This document shows positions 11,860 to 22,077 of a stretch of DNA of 64,000 nucleotides, piece by piece. The notes beneath the pieces were generated by a model. That model did not search any database. It saw only the letters and a list, made by a program, of their open reading frames with translations, and was not told the DNA's origin. How positions within the stretch are numbered: position 1 is the first letter of the stretch; every line of letters starts with the position of its first letter. This DNA is from Cyanophora paradoxa CCMP329 (lineage: Eukaryota > Plantae > Glaucophyta), in NCBI GenBank assembly GCA_004431415.1, contig QPMI01000589.1, positions 1-64,000 of the forward strand, read 5' to 3'. A program made the translations under genes and the position numbers.

Positions 11860-13872
11860 AGGGGCCCGTCGCGCCCCTGCCGCGCGACCTGCGACCGCCT
11901 GAGGCCCCGCGCCCGGGCAAGACGCCCCGCAAGGCGGACAACCCGCGCCACTGGCGCTGCGGCCCGCCGCTGTACCCTCACCAGGACGACCCTGATGAGG
12001 GGCCCGAGGGCGGCGCCCCGGCGGCGTCGTCCTCCGCGGCCGCGTCGACCGCCGCCGCGACGGCCGGCTCCTCTGAGCCGCCGGCCGCCTCCGAGGCGCC
12101 CTCAAGCGGCGACGCCGGCTCGAGTGGCGGCCCGGCCGCAGGCCTCGAGCGAGAGGTCCTCTCGTCCAGCGCTATCGCCCCCGGCCCTGAGCTGGGCGAG
12201 GTCCGAGACCGCCGCAAGCCGCGCTTGCTCGAGCTGGTCCAGGACACTTGGGATTGCGCTCCGCCGCCTTCCCTCGACGGGCCCTTGCCCGAGACCCTGC
12301 GGCACATGTTCCCTGCCCGGCGAGTCAGGCTGCTCGCCGCGCAGAAGGCGGACCCGCTGTGCCGCAAGCTGTTCTCCTGGCTAGAGAATGGCGTGAACGA
12401 GGCCCGCTGCACGCGCGCCTCTTGCCACACGGGCGACTGCTACCTCTGCAGTCAGGCCAAGGCGGCCTTCGTCGGATTCGCTGGGAAATTCGACGTGGAC
12501 ACCGACGGCGTGCTTGTCCGCCGCCCGGTCGCGCCTCACGGCCGCTTCGTGCCCGTCCTGCCTGAGTCCTGGCAGGACCGCGTCCTGTACGCGTACCACG
12601 ATGGGTGGGGCCACCGCGGCGCCTCGATCGTCGCCCGCCGGATCCTGCTGAGGTTCTGGTGGCCGGCATGCTCGCGGCCGTAGCCCGCTACGTGCGGAGC
12701 TGCCCTGCTGCCAGTTCGCCAAGGCTGTGAAGCCGCGGCGAACTGCGATCGCAGTCATCGAGGCCGAGGGCCGGAATGACTTGTGGCAGGTGGACGTGTT
12801 CCACCTCGACCCGACGCCGCGCGGCAACCGCTATTTGGTCGCCTGGGTGAACGCGTGGGACAAGTACACGCGGCTGTACCCAAAGGCCGACCTGGACGGC
12901 TGGTCCATGCTCGAGATGGGCCGAGACTTCGTCTCGAATGAGGGCGTGCCGCTGCGCCTCCTCATGGACAACGGGTCCAGCCTGAAGGGCGGCCCGTTCA
13001 ACGAGTACTTCCGGAAGCTCGGGACTCGTTTCATTTACGCCGCGGCGTACCACCATTCGACGAATGGGCTGGTAGAGCGGCTGGGAGGCGTCGTGAAGAC
13101 GCTGCTCCACGCGGCGTGCCGCGCCGAGCGCGAGCCGATGCACGAGTGGGACCAGCACGTGCACGAGGTGCAGCTGGCGCTCCGCACGACCGTGCACGCG
13201 GCCACGGGCTACTCGCCCGCGCTCCTGCACCTGGGCACGAGCTCACGCTGCCCGCGGACGTGCGCTTCGGGTCGAAATGCTCGACACCTTAGCTACGCCG
13301 ACTACGTCGCGACCGTAGTGCGCGCCGCGAAGAGCCGCGATGACGCGGTCCGCGAGCACCGCCGCTGGTACCGCCGCCAAATGGTGCACCGGACGGGTGA
13401 CCTGCCGGACCGTCGCCGCTTCGAAGTGGGCGACAAAGTCCTGTGCTGGCTGGGCGACCGTGACAAGGGGTTGTTTAACTCCTGGGTCGGCCCGTTCACC
13501 GTCATGGACGTGCACCCGGGCGGGTACACGTACGTCGTGCGCGGCCTGGCCGGCCCTACGGCGCCGTGGGCGCTGTCCGCCAGAAGGCCCGCGACACCCG
13601 CGAGACGATCGTGCACATCGATTGCATGATCCCGTTCCGCATGCGCGATGCGAACGCGCCCGCGCGGCCGGCCCGAGGGCGGCCGCGGGCGGCGGGTGCA
13701 CCGGGAGCCGCGGCCGCAGCGCCGGCGGCCCCGGCGGGAGCAGCATGAGGAGCTGGCTCCGAGCCGCGTCCCGGCCCCACAGGAGGGCGAGGACAGAGAG
13801 CGGCCGCGCCTGCAACTGCGCAGCGCGAGAGTGATGAGCTGCCCGCGGAGGGTTGAGCTGAGAAGGGCCTAG
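11860..13872 (+). mobile_element. Ty3/Gypsy-type integrase (5'-truncated pol, apparent frameshifts)
   Basis: LLAAQKADP tether. HHCC zinc finger (YAYHDGWGHRG...FWWP...SCPxCQ across frameshifts). rve core WQVD...MDNG-35aa-GLVER (D,D35E), followed by TGYSPA and GPY/F-like motifs (FEVGDKVL...WVGPF...VHID). No RT or recognisable RNase H. Confidence 0.93.
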
Positions 13873-14483
13873 CGCCCACCACAATCACTAAAGTCCCGGG
13901 CTAGGAAGGAGAGCCAACGGGCGGCTGACTGCCTCGAGCTATGCTCGGCTCAGTGACGGGCGGAGGGCCCTACGAAGACCTGGCCGAGCTCCGGGCGCGA
14001 CTTGCGCCGGCCGAGGAGTCGGAAGGCGGCTGAGGCGCCGGATTCTGCCCCGGGCCCAGTGACAGGGGATGAGCATTCCCCCTCCTTGAGATGCAAGACC
14101 TGGTGGGGTACCGGGGTGCGCCGAGCACCAACGGGGTACACACAGGCGGTCGTGACGCCGGGTCCCGCCCGGGTACGATGACTGGGGATGCACAATTCCC
14201 CATACAGGGCTCCACACCGGGGACGCTCGGTGGTGGACCGCCTGGAGGGCCGCGTCCCCTTAATGACGCGCGAGCACGGGTCGGGCAGGGTACCTCCCGC
14301 CGTACGATGGCGACGAGGGCACCTTGTGGGCGGCGTCTAGCCTTGCCCTGGAGTTACTAGCTCCACCGCCGTTGTGGGCTTCTCAGCCCCTAATCCGACG
14401 CCGTGGCGGACCGCGAGAGCGCGGCGCATGCCTGAGCAGTGGCGCTAGACGAGCTGCTTAGCCCTACGTTTCGGGACGGGCAT

Positions 14484-15230
14484 TGCGCTGGGGCTACTGG
14501 GCGCTACCGCGAGCGTCACGCCCCGCGTTGCAATTGCTGTTGCAGCGTGCGCCTCTGCGGTTAACTTGCTGCGCGGCGAGGACAGGGCCTCCTCGGCTTC
14601 CTCCCTTCCGATCCGCTCGCCTCGTGCGAGTTTCCTGGGCCGCCGGCCCGAAGTTGGACCTTGCCCCTGGGCGCTCCACGCTGGAGTCGTGCCGGCACCT
14701 GCCGGGCGACAGTCTTTTCGATTCCCGGCAGTTGCCGGACATGGATGGGCTCGGCGTCTTTTCGATTCCCGGCAGTAGCCGGTGACGCCGAGCGTGAGTG
14801 GCTCGGAGCCTTTTTCGATTCCCGGCAGTAGCCGGTAGCTCCGAGCATTTGTATATAGCGGCCGGGGTCGCGTTGTCTAGAGAGCTTAGGCTCGATCAAA
14901 TTCCCGGCTTCCCCGGCCCTCTTTCTGTTCGCCTTAGGGCGTAGACCCGCGCGGACGCGGGATCCGAGAGGAGGAGTTGTCGCATCCGACATTATAGCGG
15001 ATGCTCGTTTGTGAGCCGCTAGGGCTCTAGATGATGTGCGCAGCCTTCGTGCTGCTAGATCGACGGCGCCTAGGCTAGTTAGAGCGCCGCGGTCACTTGT
15101 ATGCGTGTGTCGGGGTACGCCGTAGCTGGACGGGTACACCCTCAGTCTACCATCACGGTGGCTAACAGCAGCAGCACTCGCCAAACCCCGCCCTGCCGAG
15201 CTTGCACTCCGCACGGGCTTCCCGCGCGCA
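14484..15230 (+). mobile_element. Candidate 3' LTR of the integrase element
   Basis: Preceded by purine-rich GGGACGGG. Termini TGCGC...GCGCA. Triple repeat at 14715-14846, then a TATA-like GTATATAG at 14851. No second LTR in the window. Confidence 0.4.
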
Positions 15231-16623
15231 CGATTAGACACACTAATCTCGCACGCGACACAGTATACGCCTGACGTACTAGTACCGTAGTACGTCCGAC
15301 GGTCTAGTTCTCCAGTATTACACGGTACCGGCCCGGCGGTATACGCGCGCGCGCGTCTGCCGGAGCTTCGAATTCCGATCCGAGTTCGAAACTTTTGAAA
15401 TGTCGAGCCTCGGAGTAGCGACGGTAAGCGTCGGTAACCCTACTAGACTCGATCATGATCATGATCAGTGACTACACGGCGCGCGAGTAGTCACTGTAGT
15501 CACGTGACGTGATCGTGTCACCGTGACGGACCACGCCGTCAGGGCCCGTCACCATGCACGGCCCGGCGGCCGCGGTCGTCGCCGACTCGTCGGTCGATCA
15601 TGTACATCATAGTACATGTGATCACGGCGCCGGCGCGGTGATCGAACTTTCGGAATTTCGAACCTCCGGCCGCCGGGCCGGCGCCGCCGCGCCGGCGCCG
15701 GCCCGCGCGCGGCCGGCCCGCGCCGGAGGTTCTTTAAGTTTTAAGTTAATTTAGTACAGGAAATTATAAAATATGTAATTAGTACTTCGAAAATTCGCGA
15801 AAACTGCGCATGCCACTTTAAAAACAATTTAGCAGCTGATAGATTTTAGTAGGTCAGTCTTCGCACATCATCATGCGGGCCATGATGCGGCATATATGTA
15901 CGCATACAAGCGCTCGCAGGGCTTTGCAATTGTATGGCGGAGAGTCGCCGGATCGGAGACAGGACGTCGACTACCCCTGAGAATTCTCGACTTGAGCAGG
16001 CTTTTAGTTCTATAATTTATATATGCAGCGTACTAAATATTTCTAGCTATAGTTCTACAGTAATTATAACGCTGCGTTAACGCATGCGCATGTGCAGGAC
16101 CCCTACATGTATACGTAGCTATAGCTTTAGCTATTTATATAGCAGGGGGTACGACCTAAATACACGTAGCTATTTTTTTATATTCGTATACGAGAAAAAC
16201 GACCTAAAACGACCCAGATTTCCGAAGTTTGCCCGGCGGCCGATTTTTCAGGCACTTTCGTGCTTTAACTGCGAGCTGTTTCCACGGGCTTCTAAAGTGT
16301 CGAATTTTGGAGGGACATGCCATGATGGTCAGCATCGCGCGCGGTGCTGCTAGCTACGCCTGTAGATCTGACTCAAAGTACCCCCAAATCGTTAGGTGGG
16401 GCGCCTGGGTCGTGATGTTTTGGCGCCAGATACCCCCACCTGGCGGAGGTCCTGCTCACGTGCACTGGCCTCATATATACATTTTTCTTTGTATACGTAG
16501 CCGAAATCCTTACTCGAGCTCATGATCAGTGAGTGGAGTGAGAGTCTGTGAGACCCTCGACCCTCCACTGATCTCACTGGACCCAGCCCTACTAGGCTAG
16601 TACTTACTAGTAGCCTAGTAGTA

Positions 16624-17403
16624 CCGTAAAACACTTAAGTAATGCGGGCACTTAAGTAATGCGGTCCCGAAATAATGCGTTTTCCGCTGGCAAAACGCAT
16701 TATTTCGGGACCGCATTAATATCGAAGCGCTCAGCCGGCGCTAAGAAAACTGCGGTATGTACCCCCCTCACGCAGCCAGAAGGCTTCTTTTTGTTCGACT
16801 GCCCGTCTCGACCCCGGTCGGCTTTAGTGATTCCTTTGACTGTCCTTTTGCCTGCTCTTGATCCGCCTGCTCCGCCTCCTGTGTCCTCCTCGACCTTGTG
16901 CCGTAGCTCTGCCCTTTCGCGTCGTCCTGCTTCGCCTCCGCCTCCGCGTCGTCTTGTTGTTCCTCTTACTTGTCTGCTTCCTGTTATTTATCTTTCTCAA
17001 ATTTGTCCTCCGCTTCTTAGTGATGTAATTCCTTCCGATATTGATGGTATCTCTAGCTCTGGCTCTTCTTTGTGTCAGTCATCCTCTGTCCCTAGATCTG
17101 CTCGATTTCTCGTCTCTTCTCGATCTGTCTCGAGCTCTGTGTCTTTTCTTTTTATTGTCGTTTTTGGCTCTTTGTCTTCTCTTTCTTCGTGCTCTTGTCT
17201 TAGTTATTTTGCTTTTTTGTCTTTAGGCCCCTGGGCAGCCCCCGCAGTGCTGGTGTCTAGAGACTGTGGCCGGTAATTCACCAAAAAAAAAAATTCAAAA
17301 CGCATTAATTCGGCGGCGCATTATTAACCGTACTGGGGGTCCGGGTCCAAAAACGCATTAATATTACTTACAATTACCGGCGCATTACTTAAGTGTTGTA
17401 CGG
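16624..17403. mobile_element. MITE A (Tc1/mariner superfamily, pogo/Tc2-like CCGT termini)
   Basis: TA-CCGTAAAACACTTAAGTAATGCG ... CGCATTACTTAAGTGTTGTACGG-TA: 23-bp TIR with one mismatch and a TA TSD. Internal TAATGCG/CGCATTA subterminal repeats. Confidence 0.9.
16793..17293 (+). mobile_element. 5'-truncated poly(A)-tailed retroposon (family 1) inside MITE A
   Basis: Matches 20231-20406 plus 21178-21516. Ends GGTAATTCACC followed by A11. Confidence 0.75.
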
Positions 17404-17719
17404 TAGTATCATACGCGCGCGTGACGGCGCGTCTAGATCTGCCGGAGCTTCGAAATGTCGAGTCGCGACGGTAACCCTACCGGGGCCGGTCCCTACGTAA
17501 CGGGTATACCGTAGTACGTACCCTAGTACCGTGTAACACTTAAGTAATGCACGGCGTTGCACGCACTTAAGTAATGCGATCCCAAATTTAAATTAATGCG
17601 TTTCCCGCTAGCGCTGGCAAAACGCATTAATTTAATAATTTTGGACCGCATTAATATCGAAACGCTAAGAAGCTACGTTATGTACCCCCATAACACAGCC
17701 AAGATCTAGAAGCTTCAAA

Positions 17720-18512
17720 TCGGCCTTGGGGAAAGGAGAGGCCCTTAGGTCTGTTGGTCACTTGTCACAAAATTTTAGAAAGCGAAATTCGTATTTTTGA
17801 AGACACCTACTACCCCATTTTAGACCCTGGGAGCACGATGGTCCGGCCCGTTTTCCTATGAGAGGCCTCTAATGGGCAGTAACAGCACGTCGAAAAGCAT
17901 CGAAAAGCATTTTCACGAAAAGCGCAAATAACATTGGTCGTCCGAGTCGAAATTTGAAAATTATTAATTTCAAGAGACCGCACCCCATTCGCTAGGAAAT
18001 AGTTTCCAAATTAACGGAGCGCCACGGGGCCGGCCAGCAAATTTGTATGAGACAGAGTCGATGTGTGCCACGAGGTGGGTTTTAAATATACTTGATGCGT
18101 TAGTTGAAAGATTATCAAAATAAACAATTTAGACAGAGCCTTATTACTGCGAATTACATTCAAATGATTCATAGATTATTATTAACCACCTCCAAAAAGC
18201 GCCGAAAGTCGTTTTCAATAACTTAGTAAGCTGAGACGACCAATGGCCCAGGCAATGGGCCCTCGGGACCTGTACTCGGTACAATTGCGGCCGATTGGGC
18301 TCCGCATCGATATCTGTACCCTTGCGACACAATTTTGTACCCTCTCACTTGAGTGTGTACCCTTGCCGAGTGGACCCCTGTTTCTCCTCCCCCTCCGGGA
18401 TCCCCCGTAACCGCGCGCGGTTGCGGGCCCCGTTTAAAAACAAAGAGCTGCCACCCTCACGCCTTGAAGCCCCAAGACCCAAGGCCACTCCTGCTCCGCA
18501 GGGACTCGCTTG
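17720..18512 (+). mobile_element. Non-autonomous Helitron-like element, copy 1
   Basis: 5' TC and 3' CTTG ends. CCTGC-TCC-GCAGG hairpin about 10 nt before the 3' end. Inserted between A and T with no TSD. A second copy lies inverted at 20407-21177. Confidence 0.8.
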
Positions 18513-18527
18513 TTTAAAACGCATTAA

Positions 18528-19168
18528 CTCTTTGTTTTTTTGAGAGACTACGGTGGGGCGAACCCCCGTATACGTAGGTAGTGATATTAAGGACAACAAA
18601 GCAATCACAAATCAAAGATACAGTAAAGTAGCACAAAATAGAGGATCACGAGAAGGGACACGGCCAGATCTAGAAGAACGCAAAAGATAAGGAGAACGAG
18701 CACGAGGAGAAGGAGTAGAAGAGCTCAAGGACGTCGACGCAGAAGTACTAGTCACACTAGAACGACGAGGAGCACGGGGACGCAGCGAATAAGGAGAACG
18801 AGCTCGAGCACGAGGAACTACAGTCGAAGACGAATTCGAAGATCTAGACGTCGACGAAGACGACAAAATAGAGCTAACAGCAGAATTAGAAGACGTAGTC
18901 GCAGGAGGCAGAGGCGGCAGAACAGTAGGAGAGGCGAAACGTAGGACACCACTAGAAGGGAGAGTCGACGTCGAAGCTGGCGGAGTGTCTAAACGGAATC
19001 GAGATTGTAGAGTTGGTAAAACAATGGACGGCTGAAGACTAATCTGAGGAACTGAGGACGACACGAGGAAAGGGCAGAACTCGGATTCAGACTCGGAGTC
19101 GGCAGTATAAGAGGAGGGGCAAAACGCAAGCCAGTAGTGACAGGGAAGGCAGACGATGGGGCTGAACC
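18528..19168 (-). mobile_element. 5'-truncated A-tailed retroposon (family 2) inside MITE B
   Basis: Flanked by a 9-bp TSD ACGCATTAA (18519-18527 and 19169-19177). A-rich tail on the minus strand preceded by a TACGGGGG-TTCG-CCCCACCGTA stem-loop. C/T-rich sense strand. Confidence 0.72.
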
Positions 19169-19489
19169 ACGCATTAATTCGGTACCGCATTAATATCCAT
19201 TGTAGGGTCGGGGTCCAAAAAACGCATTAATTATAATTTCTGGCGCATTAATTAAGTGTTACACGGTAGCTTTAGCTATTTATATATATAGCTATACTAT
19301 GATAGTCTGATTCAGTGATCATGGACTCTACATCTGATCATCGAGTCTGATCGAGTCTCCGAGGCTCGGCTCTGATCATCGAGTCTGATGTACATTTTGA
19401 CAAAGAATCAAAAAACAATTCGTATAAGAACAGAAGTACCCCAGGTAGTGTCTCGAATATAGTGTCTCAGTGTTTAAAATTTAAGCGGC

Positions 19490-21516
19490 CCGCGGCCGCT
19501 AGCGCTTGAGCTCCCCCTTCGGCGCCTCGGGTCCCATCTGCGCGTCTCTCTCTGCGCCGCCCCTGACCCCCGTGTCATCTGATCCGGCGCCACCCGACCT
19601 TTCTCCTGCTTCGCTGCCCTCTCTTCCGTCCTCGCGATCGCCTCTTCCGTCTCGTAGGCCTCCGCCGCGTTCCCGTCGGCGGATCTCTCGATCGACCCTG
19701 GACTCTCCGCCTGCCACTGTCTGCGGGGTACCTCCGCCGCCGTGTTCGGCGCCGGCTGTCAGTACTTTGCTCGGTAGCTCCCCCGTCGTGGCTCCCGGAG
19801 TCCTCGGGGGCCTCTTCGTCGTCGTCGTTCGCTGGGTTCCGGCTCCGGGTCAGATTTCTCGCCGGGCTTACCTTCTCCTGGCTCTGCTCCTGGGCCCTCA
19901 GCTCCGATCCGGGCCGGGACCGGCTTCCCCGATCTCCTCCCGGACTCGTGGTCGTACCCGTCGCCGGCTTGCCGAGCTCGAGCCTGCGTCTCCTTCTACT
20001 TCCCTCCGGCGGTTTGCCGGGCCGGACCCTCCGGCCTTTGTTCTTGATACCGGACTGCCGCCTTTGCCTTCGTCTTCTGCTTCGCTGGTCGTATCCCGCC
20101 GGCGCCGGCGTACTTCGTCTTATAGTTTAGTTCGGTCTGGTTCGGATTCTGATCGTAGTGTTGATGCTAGAGTTAGTTTCAATACTAGCTATAGTCCTCG
20201 TGCTCGACCTGTTGTTCGCCGTCGTTTGCAGTTCGACTGCCCGCCTCGACCCCGGCCGGCTTTAGTGATTCCTTTGACTGTCCTTTTGCCTGCTCTTGAT
20301 CCGCCTGCTCCGCCTCCTGTGTCCTCCTCGACCTCGTGCCGTAGCTCTGCCCTTTCGCATCGTTCTGCTTCGCCTCCGCCTCCACGTCGTCTTGTTGTTC
20401 CTCTTACAAGCGAGTCCCTGCGGAGCAGGAGTGGCCTTGGGTCTTGGGGCTTCAAGGCGTGAGGGCGGCAGCTCTTTGTTTTTAAACGGGGGCCGGCCCG
20501 CAATTGCAACCGCGCGCGGTTACGGGGGAGGGGGAGGAGAAACAGGGGGTCCACTCGGCAAGGGTACACACTCAAGTGAGAGGGTACAGAGTTGTGCTGC
20601 AAGGGTACAGATATCGATGCGGGGCCCAATCGGCCGCAGTTGTACTGAGTACAGGCCCCGCCGGGCGCCGGGCCGAGGGCCCATTGGTCGTCTCAGCTGA
20701 ATGAAAACGACTTTCGGCACTTTTTGGAGGCGGTTAAGAATTATCTATGAATCATTTGAATATAATTCGCAGTAATAAGGCTCTGTCTAAATTGTTTATT
20801 TTGATAATCTTTCAACTAACGCATCAAGTATATTTTTATACGCATCAACTAACGCATCATAGTGGCTCTCCGTTAATTTGGAAACTATTTCCTAGCGAAT
20901 GGGGTGCGGTCTCTTCAAATTAATAATTTTTAAATTTCGACTTGGAAGGCCAATGTGATTTGCGCTTTCTATTTTTTTCCGGGAAAATGCTTTTCTGTGC
21001 TTTTCGACGTGCTGTTACTGCCCATTAGAGGCCTCTCATAGGAAAACGGGCCGGACCATCGTGCTCCCCAGGGTCTAAAATGGGGTAGTAGGTGTCTCCA
21101 AATATACGAATTTCGCTTTTTGAAATCCGTCACATCAAACCAACAGACGTAAGGGCCTCTCCTTTCCCCAAGGCCGACTTGTCTGCTTCCTGTTATTTAT
21201 CTTTCTCAATTTTGTCCTCCGCTTCTTAGTGATGTAATTTCTTCCGATATTGATGGTATCTCTAGCTCTGGCTCTTCTTCGTGTCAGTCATCCGGATCCT
21301 CTGTCCCTCGATCTGCTCGGTTTGTCCTCTCTTCTCGATCTGTCCGACGGTCTCGAGCTCTGTGTCTTTTCTTTTTTATTGTCGATTTTGGCTCTTTGTC
21401 TTATCTTTCTTCGTGCTCTTATCTTAGTTATTTTGCTTTTTTGTCTTTATGCCCCCTGGGCAGCCCCCGCAGTGCTGGTGTCTAGAGACTGTGGCCGGTA
21501 ATTCACCAAAAAAAAA
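19490..21516 (+). mobile_element. Longer family-1 poly(A) retroposon, interrupted by Helitron copy 2
   Basis: C/T-rich strand with an S/P/R-rich open frame from 19506. Same 3' end and A-tail as 16793-17293. The 5' boundary is approximate. Confidence 0.6.
20407..21177 (-). mobile_element. Non-autonomous Helitron-like element, copy 2
   Basis: Reverse complement of 17720-18512. The empty site CCTCTTA|CTTGTCTG is visible at 16962-16976, confirming insertion with no TSD. Confidence 0.85.
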
Positions 21517-22077
21517 TTGAATATTAATTCAAGCTTAAATATGGGGACACCGGTACCCTCGTTTCAAATCCCGCGCCGGGCGCCGGGCGGTGCCCGGACG
21601 CGCTCAACTTGGCAAATTAATTAAAAGCTGAAGGCAGCGCGCGGCGGCAGCTGCAGCGATCTGAGCGAGCCTGAGCAATGCGATGCAATCGAAGTGTCGG
21701 CCGCGGGCGATCAGCAGATTCGGCCGCCGGGCTGGGCCATGGCCAGGAGCACTTCCCGCCGGGGAAGCTTAATTAAGGGGGGTCCCGGCCGCGGGTCATG
21801 CAGGGGGAGTCGGGGAAGGGGGGGACAAGGAACAGACCGGGATCGACCGTCGGACTTGGCGATGCGATATCGATAGATCTAGAATCGAGCTCGATCATCG
21901 AATCGCTCGCGCTGGGAGCGTCGCGATCGCAATCATCATGATCATGAAAACATATGCATGCACAGTCGATGTCGAAAGACGGCGGCGGCGGCTGCCGGCG
22001 GGCCGGCGCCGGGGCCTTGGGGCCTGCAGCCGCTCCGACTCTCCGAGGTTCATAAATAGCTATAGTGGCAGCGGCGG

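Larger units (their letters stand above)
17529..19266. mobile_element. MITE B, same family as MITE A, with two nested insertions
   Basis: TA-CCGTGTAACACTTAAGTAATGC ... GCATTAATTAAGTGTTACACGG-TA. Confidence 0.9.

Noticed and set aside
12660-13600. Programmed frameshifting in the integrase
   Set aside because: There are multiple scattered 1-bp losses in C/G runs, matching the deletion pattern between repeat copies 1-228 and 10422-10653. Sequencing error or decay is more likely.
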